A stretch of 62,968 nucleotides of DNA, filler included, from Chiloscyllium plagiosum (GCF_004010195.1; 3 parts of one record of this genome joined end to end with filler, not necessarily neighbours in it); one strand, 5' to 3'. Counted from the whole stretch's first letter, positions 1 to 12,907 are shown. Made by a program: numbers and translations. Notes: generated by a model from the sequence alone, not told the origin.

Positions 1-212
1 TTTCCACCTATCACATTTCCGACGCCCCTCCCCCAAGTCCCTCCTCCCTATCTTTTATCTTAGCCTGCTGGACAAACTTTCCTCATTCCTGAAGAAGGGC
101 TAATGCCCGAAACGTCGATTCTCCTGTTCCCTAGATGCTGCCTGACCTGCTGCGCTTCTCCAGCAACACATTTCCATCTCTGATCTCCAGCATCTGCAGA
201 CCTCACTTTCTC
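1..212 (+). mobile_element. Penelope-like element pLTR (3' terminal repeat), cut by window edge
   Basis: Same sequence as the tail that follows GIY-YIG coding at 55060-55273; ends ...CTCCAGCATCTGCAGACCTCACTTTCTC. Confidence 0.9.
84..120 (+). ncRNA. Minimal type I hammerhead ribozyme motif in PLE pLTR
   Basis: CTGAAGA (89-95), stem II GGGC-TAAT-GCCC, GAAAC, GTC (114-116); palindromic ACGT minimal stem III. Confidence 0.75.
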
Positions 213-392
213 TTCTCTGGAATTATTTCCATGTTGAATCTCAAAGACAGGTCAGAAGTACCTCAAGGTGTTCACTGTCTTCATGTTGGTGTGAATGTAT
301 CAGTGTGAGGTATCTCCATCCTCCCTGCATGATGTTCCAAAACCCAAACCAGCATCACTCCACTCCCATCTACTTCCTGTCACCTTCCCCGT

Positions 393-601
393 CAGAGAGA
401 GGGAGGGAGGGAGAGAGACAGACAGAGGGATGGAGAGAGAGAGGGAGAGAGGGAGGGAGAGAGAGAGAGAGAGAAGGAGAGGGAGTGAGGGAGATAGAGA
501 GGGAGAGACAGAGATAGAGAGAGAGGGAGGGGAAGAGAGGGAGAGGGAGAGAGAGGGAGGAAGAGAGAAAGGGAGGGTGGGGGAGAGAGAGATAGAGAGA
601 G
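393..601. repeat. Imperfect (GA)n / purine-rich microsatellite
   Basis: Near-pure G/A tract; explains the ER/SL-rich ORFs at 295-687. Confidence 0.95.
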
Positions 602-1242
602 TCAGTAAATGTGTTATACTGTGGTTTGGTGATGAATAATGATTCACTCATCAGCTGTTCCTGGCAAACTGGGCTCTGGATAAACATTCAGTTCCTGCAT
701 ATGGCTCTCACACACACATTCCAATAACCTCAGTCTCCCAGCCAGTCCACAGATCCCCAACCAGAGCTGCAGCAAACACAGCATCACAACACAGAACAAC
801 ACAGTTACTCTTTTTTCTCTCTCTCTCTCTCTCTCTTACAGGATAAGGTGCCATGAAATAGAGGAGAGCAGATTACAGCTGCTGCTGCTGCTTTAGGGAG
901 AAACTCCCAGAGCTCTGAGGCTGCACTGTCAAGGCTATTACCCGCCCCTCCCCCAGCTCAGGATAGGGGTAGTGTAGGGAGGGGAGGGGACAGGGTGGCT
1001 TAGTGGGGGCAGGGGTGGAGGTAATTCTCTTTCTCAATGAGACTCGACAGCACAATCCTGTGAGCACATCCCTGACCCATCTCTCTGCAGCTGGTTGAGA
1101 AAGAGGACACTCAGGGGACCACCAGAGACCTGCTCAGCCTCAACAAAGAGATGATCCCATGGTCTTGGCCTTCAGTGACTTTGTCAGAATGCACAGAAAG
1201 GCTCGGCAAACCCTGCCAAATTTGTCATAGACAAGAAGACAA

Positions 1243-1561
1243 GTGGGCGGCACGGTGGCACAGTGGTTAGCACTGCTGCCTCACAGCGCCAGAGACCCGG
1301 GTTCAATTCCTGCCTCAGGCGACTGACTGTGTGGAGTTTTCACGTTCTCTGCGTGTCTGCGTGGGTTTCCTCCGGGTGCTCCGGTTTCCTCCCACAGTCC
1401 AAAGATGTGCAGGTCAGGTGAATTGGCCATACTAAATTGCCCATAGTGTTAGGTAAGGGGTAAATATAGGGGTATGGGTGGGTTGCACTTCGGCGGGTCA
1501 GTGTGGACTTGTTGGGCCAAAGGACCTGTTTCCACACTGTAATGTAATCTAATCTAATCTA
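1243..1561 (+). mobile_element. HE1-type tRNA-derived SINE, full length
   Basis: A box TGGCACAGTGG (1256-1266), B box GGTTCAATTCC (1300-1310), CR1-type 3' end GGGCCAAAGGACCTGTTTCCACACTGT, (AATCT)n tail. Confidence 0.92.
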
Positions 1562-2660
1562 AAGAGTTTGCAAACGTTATCAGAGCCCTAGTTGGTCACA
1601 GTTGGGTGTGCCTGGCTGTACCACCATGGAAACCCATATCTAACCCCCTCAGAGTCTGATGGATGGAAGCACATTGCACTCCTGTGGCCAAAGGTGCTGG
1701 CCATCATTGGCAAAGTGAGAGAGAGCACGAGGGTCCTCACCTTGAGTCCAGGAGACCTTTCCTTGCAAGGCAGAGTGATGCCACACTCTGGAGGAGGAGA
1801 CACACACAGGACACACCAGAAATGACCAACTCCTCCACATCTCCAAAAGCAGCCCCAGCTCTGAATACCAACCCCTGAAGGAGATCAGGCTGATGGGGTT
1901 GAACCTGTATTGGGGCAGGGCACTCTCAGTGGGCCGAGACCCACATTGACAGCCACGTCCCCCAGGCCAACAGGGCAAACAAGAGATCAGTGCAGCAGCA
2001 AATGTCAGGAATGCACTTAGACACAGTTAGAGGGAAAGAAAGAAAGAAAGAAACCCGACTGAGGTACCCAACTACTGGGGATACGGCATCATTGTAAATT
2101 ATGCTGCACCTTTATAAACATATGTTCATTTACATTCTTAAAATAGCTGCTCTAGTCACTTTGTATCTATTGAACCTGGTAAAGTCACATCCATTTGAGA
2201 TATGAACAGCCTTTTCAGACAGCTCAAAAATAAAATAATTTGTAATGGACAAGCAATGTATACCCCGCCCAAGCAAATGGCTGCTTGACTGGAGATATTG
2301 TCAGGTGTCAGAAATCCTTGAATTGTCATATTTTTGACTGCAGCCAAGGTAGCTCAGAGGCTACATGGATTGTATTACGGCCTGTCCTCCGAGATCATTC
2401 ACAGTTACAGCCAGTTTGTGTTTGAAAGCACAGAATCAGTGATGATATCGGCAGGCTACGTTTCAATCTACCTTTACTGAACTGTCTCCAATTCATTTAC
2501 GTCCTTGTTTAAACAGGGAGACCAATGCTGTACACGGGGAAGGATGTCCTCACTCAAAGTCAGCACTGCATTTCTGAAAATTACAACTTTAAGTGAAACA
2601 ACTTTAAGTGAAGTGTGGGTTCCCTTAGGAATTAATGTTAAAGCTAGAGTTAAGTTCCTA

Positions 2661-3160
2661 NNNNNNNNNNNNNNNNNNNNNNNNNNNNNNNNNNNNNNNN
2701 NNNNNNNNNNNNNNNNNNNNNNNNNNNNNNNNNNNNNNNNNNNNNNNNNNNNNNNNNNNNNNNNNNNNNNNNNNNNNNNNNNNNNNNNNNNNNNNNNNNN
2801 NNNNNNNNNNNNNNNNNNNNNNNNNNNNNNNNNNNNNNNNNNNNNNNNNNNNNNNNNNNNNNNNNNNNNNNNNNNNNNNNNNNNNNNNNNNNNNNNNNNN
2901 NNNNNNNNNNNNNNNNNNNNNNNNNNNNNNNNNNNNNNNNNNNNNNNNNNNNNNNNNNNNNNNNNNNNNNNNNNNNNNNNNNNNNNNNNNNNNNNNNNNN
3001 NNNNNNNNNNNNNNNNNNNNNNNNNNNNNNNNNNNNNNNNNNNNNNNNNNNNNNNNNNNNNNNNNNNNNNNNNNNNNNNNNNNNNNNNNNNNNNNNNNNN
3101 NNNNNNNNNNNNNNNNNNNNNNNNNNNNNNNNNNNNNNNNNNNNNNNNNNNNNNNNNNNN
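2661..3160. other. Assembly gap (500 N)
   Basis: N run. Confidence 1.
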
Positions 3161-3306
3161 TTTCGGGCAAAAGCCTTCCTGATGAAGGGCTTTTGCCCGA
3201 AATGTCGATTTTGCCTGTCCTCAGATGCTGCCTGAATTGCTGTGCTCTTCCAGCACCACTGATCCAGAATCTGGTTTCCAGCATCTGCAGTCATTGTTTT
3301 TACCTC
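3161..3306 (+). mobile_element. Fold-back PLE pLTR element with hammerhead motif (5' part in gap)
   Basis: TTTCGGGCAAAAGCCTTC-CTGAT-GAAGGGCTTTTGCCCGAAA inverted repeat centred on CTGATGA (3179-3185), then pLTR tail. Confidence 0.85.
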
Positions 3307-3309
3307 TAT

Positions 3310-4925
3310 AACTTCCTTACCTATCCCCACTTCACCACCTTGCCCCCACCACCCCCTTTATCCGCAGCTCCCCCTCCACCCATCCCCAGTCCTTATGAAG
3401 GGTTACACCCGAAACATTGACTTCTCCACTTCCTGATGCTGCCTTGTTGTGTTCTTCCAGCCTCCTGCCTGTCTACCTTGGATTCCAGCATCTGCAGGGT
3501 TTTTGTCTCTAACTTTGGTTGTGATGTAGGCAGCCATGTGATGACAGGACCGGGGTGGGGAGGTTTAGGTAAGGACATGAGAGAAGGTGATCAGGCCCGA
3601 AAATTATTGAACTCGATATTGAGTCCAAAGGGCTCAGGGACCCAAGCGAAAAACGAGGTGGTGTTCTTCCAGCTTGCTCTGAGCTTCACTGGAGCCCTGC
3701 AGTAAGCCTGAGACAGAGATGTTGGCCAGGGAATAGGGTGGGGTGGTGAAGTGGGGGGTAACTGGAAGCTCAGGGTCTTTCTTTACTGACAGGACGTTGA
3801 TGTTCTGTGAAGTGGTCACCCAGTCTGTGCTTCGACTCCCCATTGTAGGGGAGACCACATTGCGAGCAGCGAATGCAGTCAGCTAGATTGTGTGAAGTGC
3901 AGACGAAAGTGAGGCCTGCAGATGCTGGAGATTAGAGTCAAGGGTGTGGTGCTGGAAAAGCACAGCAGATCAGGCAACATCTGAGGAGCAGGAGAATCGA
4001 CATTTCGGGCATAAGCCCTTCATCAGGAATGAGGCTGGGTGGAGATATAAATGGGAGTGGGATGGGGATGGGGGGACGGTAGCTGAGAGTGAGATAGATG
4101 GATGGGGGTGCGGGTAGTGGTGATAGGTCAGCAGCGATAGGTAGGAAGGAAGCTGGATAGATGGGACGGGTCATGAGGATGATCCTGAGCTGGAAGGTTG
4201 GAACTGGGATAATGTGGGGGGAGGGGAAATGAGGGGACTGGTGAAATCCACATTGATGCCCTGGGATTGAAGGATCCTGAGGTGGAAGATGAAACATTCT
4301 TCCTCTAGCATTGGGTGGTGAGGGAGTGGTGATGGAGGAGGCCCATGACTTGCATGTCCTTGACAGAGTGGGAGGGGGAGTTAAAGTGTTCGGCCACGGG
4401 GCAGTGGGGTTGGTTGGTGCGGCTGTCCCGGAGATGCTCCCTGAAGTGCTCTGCGAGAAGGCGTCCAGTCTCCCCAGTGTAGAGGAGACCGCATCGGGAG
4501 CAACGGATATAATAAATGACATTGGTGGATGTGCAGGTGAAACTTTGATGGATGTGGAAGGCTCCTTTGGGGCCTTGAATGGAGGTGAGGGGTGGGCGCA
4601 GGTTTTGCAATTCCTGCGGTGGCAAGGGAAGGTGTCAGGACGGGAGGGTGGGTTGGTGGGAGGTGTAGACCTGAGCAGGTAAAGTGCTGCTTCACCTGGA
4701 AGGTGTGTTTGGGGTTTGGATACTGAGAATGGAGGTAGGAAATGGCAGCTGTTGCAATCTGTGGTTGCAGGGGAAGGTGCTGTGCGGCTGTGGGGGGGAC
4801 GGGGTGTTTAGAATGGAGGAGGCATGGACAGGGTGTTCTGAGGGAACAGTCTGTATGGAAGACTGATAAGGGAGAGGAGTAGAACCTGTGTCTGGATGTG
4901 GTATCTGATTGGAGGTGGTGGTAAT
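3310..4925 (-). mobile_element. Older PLE remnant (inverted pLTR 3310-3510 plus minus-strand GIY-YIG region), interrupted by a younger PLE
   Basis: Minus-strand GIY-YIG-region sequence at 3520-3905 continues at 4681-4925 (FQVKQHFTC); pLTR with degenerate hammerhead near 3393-3418. Confidence 0.7.
3906..4680 (-). mobile_element. Neptune-type PLE 3' fragment (Cys linker, GIY-YIG endonuclease, pLTR)
   Basis: ORF 4305-4625 FTCTSTNVIYYIRCSRCGLLYTGETGRLLAEHFREH...VAEHFN; hammerhead on minus strand 3999-4026. Confidence 0.9.
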
Positions 4926-5104
4926 GGTGACTTTCTACATTAATGAAGATTTTGGGTAGGATTTCCACCTGTCTTGTAGATGTGCACTGACCTCAGCATA
5001 TTCCCTGGATGAGCGTTGTTTAATTTCGGTAAACTACACACTGGTATTCTCTGCAGTCAGGGCAAAGCAGTTAACTGCTGCTGCAAGCTTAGGGCACCTC
5101 TAAT

Positions 5105-5340
5105 GGGCAAGCAATGGTATTGTCACTGGCTGAGGAATCCTGAAACACCCCAGGCTACTGATCTAGGGACACATGTTCAAATCCCACCATGGTAGATAGT
5201 TATATTTAAATTCCATTAATGAATCTGTGAGGTACAAACAAAGCTGTTCTAATGGTAACCAGGAAATCATCATCAATTGTAAAAATCCATTTAGTTCATT
5301 CATGATGTAGGGAATGAAACCTACCATCCTTACCTAGTCT
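5105..5340 (+). mobile_element. 5' half of an old tRNA-derived SINE (second family)
   Basis: B box GTTCAAATCC near 5176; breaks at CTTACCTAGTCT and appears to resume at 7534. Confidence 0.6.
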
Positions 5341-5751
5341 CCAAGGTGATAGTGTTTATCATAGGAAAGTGTGAGGAAGAATTAAGATAGACGGTTATTT
5401 AAAAGGAGATAGTGTAGTGCAGAGAAATCTGGGTGTTACCCTGTATGAAACAGAACACATTAGTATGCAGATGCAGCAAGCAACTAAGAAGGCAAATGGA
5501 ATTTATGACATTTAAGAGGGCATTGGATGATTATATGAATAAAAATAATTTACAAGTGCAAAGGTATGGTGGAAAGCAGGAGGTTGATGTGATGCTTAAA
5601 TAATCTTATATATTAGCTATTCACCCTCCCAGCCAGATCGTTATCCACTCCATTGTCTGTCCAATTGCTCTTCTCTCTCTTTGGGCTCTATCCCCAATTA
5701 TTGTTTACTCCTTATCCCATTTGCTCCCGCCCCCCCCCCACCCGATCTTCT

Positions 5752-6401
5752 GCATACCTCACCTCCATCCAAGGCCTTAAAGGAGCCTTCTACATCCATC
5801 AACGTTTTACCTGCACATCCACCAATATCACTTATTGTATTCATTGCTCCCGATGCGGTCTCTTCTACATTGGGGAGACTTGATGCCTCCTAGCAGAGCG
5901 CTTTAGGGAACACCTCTGGGACACCCGCACCAATCAACCCCATCGCCCTGTGGCCCAACATTTCAACTCCCCCTCCCACTCTGCCGAGGACATGGAGGTC
6001 CTGGGCCTCCTTCACCACTGCTCCCTCACCACCAGACGCCTGGAGGAAGAACGCCTCATCTTCCGCCTCAGAACACTTCAACCCCAGGGCATCAATGTGG
6101 ACTTCAACAGCTTCCTCATTTCCCTCCCCCCACTTTACCCCGGTTCCAACCTTCCAGCTCAGCACTGCCCTCTTGACCTGTCCTACCTGCCTATCTTCCT
6201 TCCCACCTATCCACGCTACCCTCCTCCCTGACCTATCACCTTCATCCCCACCCCCATCCACCTATTGTACTTTTATCTCTCCACCCTGGAGGCTTCCTGC
6301 CTCATTCCTGATTAAAGGCTTTTCCCGAAACATCGATTTTCCTGCTCCTTGGATGCTGCCTGACCGGCTGTGCTTTTCCAGCACCGCTGTAATCTAGACT
6401 C
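5752..6401 (+). mobile_element. Neptune-type PLE 3' fragment (GIY-YIG plus pLTR)
   Basis: ORFs 5653-5883 and 5950-6231: CIHCSRCGLFYIGET, VAQHFN, RRLEEERLIFRLRTLQPQGINVDF. Confidence 0.9.
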
Positions 6402-6520
6402 TTTTCCTAGCTACTGTTAGTTCCTGAGGAAGGATCTCTCAACCTGAAACATTAACTCTCATTCCTCTCTCCACCGATGCTGCCAGACCAGCTGAGCGTT
6501 TCCAGCAATTTCTATTTTTA
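6402..6520 (+). mobile_element. pLTR of another PLE family with degenerate hammerhead
   Basis: AGTT-(C)CTGAGGA...GAAACATT-AACT with stem I AGTT/AACT; related copies at 15790-15890 and 17756-17860. Confidence 0.6.
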
Positions 6521-7062
6521 TCTCTTATATAAGGTGATGATGTTTATATAAGGAGCTGGTGTCTGCAGTATGGGCCGACTGGCTTCTTTCTGTGCTGTTC
6601 ATATCATTATGTAAATTTTGATGATTGTTTCTAGGAGGTTGGAGTTTGGAGCAGTGTTGTTAAAACTGTCCAGCGTGTTAGTGAGACAGCAGCAGCTGCA
6701 GTACTGTGTAAAGCTTTGGTCACTTATTTAAAAAAGGATGCACTGACTTTACAGGCAGTTCACTGAGCTGCTTCCAGGGGTGAAGGGGTTGACTTATCAA
6801 GAATAGCTAAACAAGTTAACCCTTCATTCATTAGAATTTGGAGAAATGAGGAGGGATCTCATTGAAACATGTAAGATTCTGTCAGGGCTTGACAGGACAG
6901 ATGTTGAGAAGACTTTTAAACTAGGGGACATATTTACAGAACAAGGAGACACTTGACTATAACTGAGATGTGAAAGAATTTCATCTCCCAGAAGGGAACA
7001 AATGCCTGGAATTCTTCCACAGCATGGAAACAGAGGCGTCAGTCCAAACAGTCCACCCTAAC

Positions 7063-7355
7063 TTTGATTTGATCTGATTTGACTTATTGTAGTCATGTGT
7101 ACCTATGTACAGTGAAAAGCTTTGTTTTGTGAGCAGTACAGGCAGATTATTAGCAAACAGGGACAAATAGATCACAGGGTGCTTAGACAGAGCGAGGTAT
7201 ACAGGCTGCATAGGAAGCCACATTATCTGGAGTTAGAGAGGTTCCATTCATCAGTCTAACAATAGCAGGGAAGAAGCTGTTTCTGAATCTGTTGGTGAGT
7301 GTGTTCAAGCTTCTGTATCTTCTCCCAGAGAGAGGAGTTTGGGGGAGAGCATTCA
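7063..7355 (-). mobile_element. Rex1/Babar-type LINE 3' end
   Basis: (TCAAA)n tail preceded by AATAAG on minus strand; same tail type as 51205-51644. Confidence 0.6.
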
Positions 7356-7533
7356 GAGGATTGTGGAGGTTAGATCAGGAAAAATATGTAGAGGAGGCAA
7401 ATATATTTCAGGGTATTGATGGTGATGCTGAGCTGACCTGAAAGAGGGGTTGAGGCCTGGGCCTTTCAGCCGTGGTCTGGGGCAGCCTTAAGAGGCTGAA
7501 GGGCTCTTGCTCCTGTCCCTTTTATGTTCATAT

Positions 7534-7688
7534 GGTCTAGCCCTACATGGGACTCCAGATTTCACTGCAATGTGACTGATTCCTCACAGCCCTCTGATAC
7601 AGTCTGGCAAGCCACCAGTTAGGGATGTCCCAACAAAGTGCTAACTTTGCCAGGAACACCTTCATTCCAAGAAAGAATAAAAAGAAAC
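7534..7688 (+). mobile_element. 3' half of the old SINE begun at 5105
   Basis: GGTCTAGCCCTACATGGGACTCCAG...; 3' tail resembles the LINE tail at 25235-25305; A-rich end. Confidence 0.6.
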
Positions 7689-10670
7689 AATGGCAATTTC
7701 CAAACTTTGTACAAGTCAAGCACAACCCACACCAAGGTCAATAGTTGGTATGGTACGACTGTTGTTCAGGACATTACATGATCTCATTCATGGAAATCAC
7801 TTTCTGATTTTCTTTCACTCACTTGCTGCAGACGAACTGCAGGGATCAGTTAGCCAGGGTAGTTCAGAAATCAAACCCAGAACTTCTGCTGCTCAGTGCT
7901 TTTGCAAATGGCTGGAAAGCTCCTCTCAATACAAGCCTCTCTCACTGATGGCATGGTAGATTTCAAATGAATGAGTGAAAAGTGTTCCTCTATTGCAACA
8001 TCCTTAAATGTTTTGCTTCTTTTGATGTTTCAGCATCGAGCAGTAACCACCATGGGAGTGGCAGCCTGTTGATAAAAGAAAGGACAGATACCTCAGGAAA
8101 CTGAAAAGCCTCAAGAGTTGCCCCTAAGTGCAGCCAAACATTAAAGGTGTTTCTTTACTTGGAAAGACTGAGCGAGGTTTAGAAGCTGTTGTTAGCAGCT
8201 TGAATTCAGAACAATATCTTCATCAGGACGATCAGAAGCGATGAGTTTTGAAAATAGAGCCCTCTCTCAGAGAGGAAACCTTCTTTCTTTCAAACTGACA
8301 GTTCACAGCACACTGTGACACTAATCTGCCTTCCAAACTGTGGAACAAAACCAAGCTGTCGTCACCCGTTCCTTTGCCCTAAGGTTATACTTTCACCTTT
8401 TGACCTTTCAAAGAACCCTTCAACAACCAACTACTTGAAAATGCAATTATCAAGAATGCATCTGGCCCTTACTGTGCTGTTGCAGAAACTCATAATACAC
8501 TTGTTCTTTGGTTCTTCTTTATCTTGGTCAAAGCCAAATTTTGATTAACATTTTCACTGCTGGCTGAAAGTTCAGATGCAGCGAAAAGCTTTTTCAGTGG
8601 GGTATACAATGCTGTGGTCCCAGATTGTCACACAGCGTTCATAGTCACAGCTGTGCTCTTTGTTCTGGTGAAATTAATCCGAAAACCATGTCACAGCTGT
8701 TGAAACCTCTTCTCCCCACCCCCTCAGTGACAGTAATCTCTGCTTTGTAATATGCGTCATTTTGCACAGTTTAGAGTTGAGTCGCTTGCCTGAGACCTGT
8801 GATTTTGAATATATTATCACACAATTAATATCAAACTTTGTGTTGCTTGATGATGACTTATTGTGCAGCAGGACGAGATAAACAGTTTGCAGCAAAGTCC
8901 ACTCAAATAAATAACTTGTAAATAATTGCATTTTTTTGTCAAATTTACAAAATTAATGAAATTTTAAAAAGGAAAATTCTTGGGACAATGGAATTTATGA
9001 TCACCTTACTTATAAAGGCATAGTTTTCTTTCTGGGAACTCTGGGAGAATGCCTTACTAGGAGGAACCTACCTAGATCTAGTGGGATTATCTATTTGAAC
9101 ATCCAGAAAACATTTATCAAGGTTTAAATAAGATTTTGTTTTCAGTGAAATTCAAGCACATGGAATTAGGGGTAACCTTCCAACCCAGGGCAGGGGACAG
9201 AGAGCTGAAATAAAGAGAATGTTCTTTGCTAAGCAAGATATGATGTCAGTTTCCCAAAGGATGTATAATCAGGCCTCAGCTTTTAACCACACAACTGGAA
9301 AAAAGGAATGGATTACTGGCTCTAAGTCTGGAGATGGCAGTGAGCTGGGTGTTTGTGTAGATAGCAGTAGCTTACAAAGTTGAATGTAAATATGAAAAAG
9401 AAGCTATTGGAATGTTGGACTTTATCTAAAAGGGTTGAAATACAAAAGGATGAATCTTACTGCGTTCTTGCCAAAGTCGAGCAGGGTTTGCTGGAATGAT
9501 CTCAATGCAAAGCAGAATGAACTTTCTCACCATCCCATTAGTTGGTGTTTGAACTCCTGCAGGGAGACTCACCTCTGATGTCTGCCCCATTTTACTGTGA
9601 GCCATTCCCAGAGCCTCTCCCCACTCATGGGAGATCTCAGAATGGGCCATGATATAACCTGGAGAAGGACTGTCAGCCTGGAGGTGCCCTGCACGGTCTC
9701 TGACTTTGCCCCCCGGACACGGTTGGCTTGCCTTATGGGTGTGCTTCTTGCCAGGCAAGCTCCTTGAGTATTAGGACCACACCAGACCCTGCCAGCATGC
9801 TGTGAGGCTTTCACCCAGATCAGTGCAGACTGAGCCATTGGGTACAAACATCCAGCACGGTCAATGTAGTTCTCCACTGTGCCAGGGTAAGTGCCAACAT
9901 CTTCACCCTCACTCCATCTCTGCTACTGGACCCATCTCTTGCCAAGGATCAAAGTCTATCACTCTCACTATCGCAACATCTTCCCTCCCTCACTCACCCC
10001 TTCCTGCGACATCTGTTCCCCTGACTCCTCCAACAGTAGACTCCCATCCACCCCTGATTTGACCTTGACATCCTACCTAGCTACTACCTTATCAAGCTAT
10101 GACCCTACTCAACTGCCACCCTTACCCACTTCCCTCAACACACTGTCCCTCTACTAACTTAGCCCACCCACCTTACCCACTTACACACCAACATATTCAT
10201 CCAGTTTTTCACCAATTCACTCACAATCATTCACCAACACACTGAAACACTGTTTTAAATATCCCAAAGAATTTCCACCTGGTCTAAACATGGCAGAAAG
10301 CAGTACATTCTGAGCTGTATTTATCTCACCCTGAATGACTTATTGTTCACCTCAAGTATAATTTCCTGCTAGTTCCAACCTGGTGATGAATTTTGAAAAT
10401 AATTACTAAACACTGAGCAGAATAAGACACTCACTGCTGTGGTCAATGAGCCAATCAATTAAGGGCTCAAGTAAAGGTCACTTTGTGTCACCCAGGAAAT
10501 TTGTCACCGGGAGGGACGCTACCGAATGGGGATCCATCAGGTAGACACCCAGCCTCTTGGGGGGGAGGGAGACCCAGTTTAAGGAACTCCTTGGCCAACT
10601 GAGGAGTCCCAGTGATTTTGTATGCCTCCATAGCAACCCACCAATTACAGTTGATGGGCATTTCCTGGCT

Positions 10671-11472
10671 GTCATAGAGAGTCATATAGTCCAAAAACAG
10701 TCCGTAAGGGCCAAGTTTCCCAACATAAACTAGTTCCACTTGCCAGCATTTAGCCCATATCTCTGTAAACCTTTCTTATTCATGTACTTTTCCAAATGTC
10801 TCATAAATGTTATAACTGCACAGCATCTACCACTTTTTTTGGCTGTTCATTCCACGTACACACCACCCTCTGTCCTACACTCCAGGCAAAGAAGTCCCAG
10901 CCTATCCAGATACTCCTTATAACTCAAACACTCCAGACTCGGTAATATCCTTTCAAATATCTTTTTCATCCTTTCCAGTTTAATACCATTTTATCTATAG
11001 CAGGGTGACCAGAATTGTACACAGCACTCTGAATCCGGGTTTACCAATGTCCTGTATAGCTGCAACATGATGTCCCAACTCCTATATTCAATGCTCTGAT
11101 CAATGAAAGCAAGCGTGCCAAATGCCTTTGTCACTAGTCTGGCTACCCGTAATGCCACTTTCAAGGAACTAGGTACTTGCACCCCCTAGGTCTCTCTGTA
11201 AACAACACTCTCCAGGGCCTTACCATTAATTGTGTAACTCCTGCCCTGTTTTGCCTAACCAAAATGCAGCACATTGCATTTATCTGAAATAATCTCTGCC
11301 ATTCCTTGACCCAGTGGCCAAGTTGATCAAGGTCCCATTGTATTCTGGGATAATCTTCTTCACTGTCCACTATATCTCCAATTCTGGTGTCATCTGCAAA
11401 CCTTCTATATTCACATTCAAAGTGTTTATATAAATGACAGACAACAGTGGACCCAGCTCCGATTCCTGCGGC
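10671..11472 (-). mobile_element. CR1 (HER1-like) LINE 3' fragment
   Basis: FADDTRIG, DLDQLGHW, IEYRSWDIMLQLYRTLV..CVQFWSP; (CTATGACT)-type tail. Confidence 0.92.
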
Positions 11473-12907
11473 TTTGTCAGAAAGATTCACATCTTCCAGG
11501 GTGTCTCTGTACCCACAGGGTCAGGAAACCTCCACCAGCAGGACTAGCTGTTCCACCTTCCAACGTGCTTGACTCTCTCACATTCCAAGGCTAGAAACAT
11601 CAAGCCCATCATTCAGCTCATCATCCCTTAATAGCAGAGGATCCTGATTCTGCCCTGTCCAGGGCCTGGTCTGGGATTGGAGCCTGCCCTGGATATGCTG
11701 TTCCCAGCTCCCTGAGCTAAGACTTTCTGCTGGATTGGACTGAGGCCTCTACACAACCATGACAAGAATCCTGGCTAAGTGGCACGGCGAGGTCATGGTA
11801 ATATGAGGCTGGTACCTCTGGCTCAGGGGAAATGTTCAAAAAAATGAGGTAAGGCAATGCAAGCCAGGAGGCTGTGTGCATCAGGGTAGGCTCAGAGTGA
11901 GTGAGTGAGTGAGGGAGTGCTCTGACAGGGAGTGGGGATCCCGGAGATACAGCCCGGAGCAGTCCCTGAGCTGGGGGTGGGGTGTGGGGGAGGGGTGTCC
12001 CTGAGCACACTGTGTCCACGCTGCAGCGTTACAATCAGAGTTACCGGGGCAGCCTGAGGTCCAGCATTGAAGGGCAGAATGTCCTGTAAGTGGATGGGAG
12101 GTGGGCCAGGTGGGTTAATGAAGGCTGGTACGTATTGAATGCCAATGTCCATGAATGTGAGGCCAGTGCCCATACAGCATGCCCAAGATGTTAGTGTCAA
12201 GGTTCCAAAATGAAGGTTTTGGAGCAAGTGGCAAATTAAACCCTGCTTTGGTTTCCATATTGAGTCTGTTTGTATGGGAAGTTTGGTGAGATTGTGATCT
12301 ATATCAAGGTGGTTTGTTAACAAGGCATTTAACAAATAGTAATCAGCGTCAACTGGGGCTACACTCAGTGAGAATCTCACCACGCCGAGCTGAGAAAAAT
12401 GAATATCGAGATGAACCTTGCCAAATATCTCACTGATTCTACAAGCCACCTCACCACATCACGCTGGGCCTGGTAAGGTTCTGCCCACAGTGAGGCGAAA
12501 ATGAGCACTGCAGATGCTGGAGATCAGAGTCTAGATTAGAGCGGTGCTGGAAAAGCACAGCCGGTCAGGCAGCATCCGAGGAGCAGGAGAATCGACATTT
12601 CGGGTAAAAGCCCTCATCAGGAATGAGGCTTGTGGATCGGCGGGTGGAGAGATAAATGGGAAGGGGGGGTGGGGCTGAGGGGAAGGTAGCTAAGAGTGCA
12701 ATAGGTGGATGGAGATGGGGATAGGTGGGAAGGAAGATTAGCAGGTGGGACAGTTCATGAGGACGGTCCTGAGCTGGAAGGTTGGAACCGGGGTAAGGTG
12801 GGGGGAGGGGAAATGATGAAACTGGTGCAGTCCACATTGATGCCCTGGGGTTGAAGTGTTCTGAGGCGGAAAATGAGGCGTTCTTCCTCCAGGCGTCTGG
12901 TGGTGAG

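Larger units (their letters stand above)
5341..7040 (+). mobile_element. Decayed CR1 RT C-terminal and 3' fragments with nested PLE pieces
   Basis: CR1-like DLGV/QQAxKKANG segments at 5420-5505 and 6630-7030. Confidence 0.6.

Noticed and set aside
295..687. ER-rich and SL-rich ORFs
   Set aside because: Read-through of a GA microsatellite.
960..1022. G-run cluster (possible G-quadruplex)
   Set aside because: Such G-rich patches are common in this window; no further support.
1243..1315. tRNA gene (A and B boxes)
   Set aside because: It is the head of a SINE present several times in the window; no complete cloverleaf.
2520..2660. Repeated ACAACTTTAAGTGAA, possible Tigger-like end
   Set aside because: Cut by the gap; no partner TIR visible.
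12072..12486. GGGCAGAA...TTCTGCCC inverted ends suggesting a Harbinger MITE
   Set aside because: Only an 8-bp match and no matching 3-bp TSD; plausible but unsupported.
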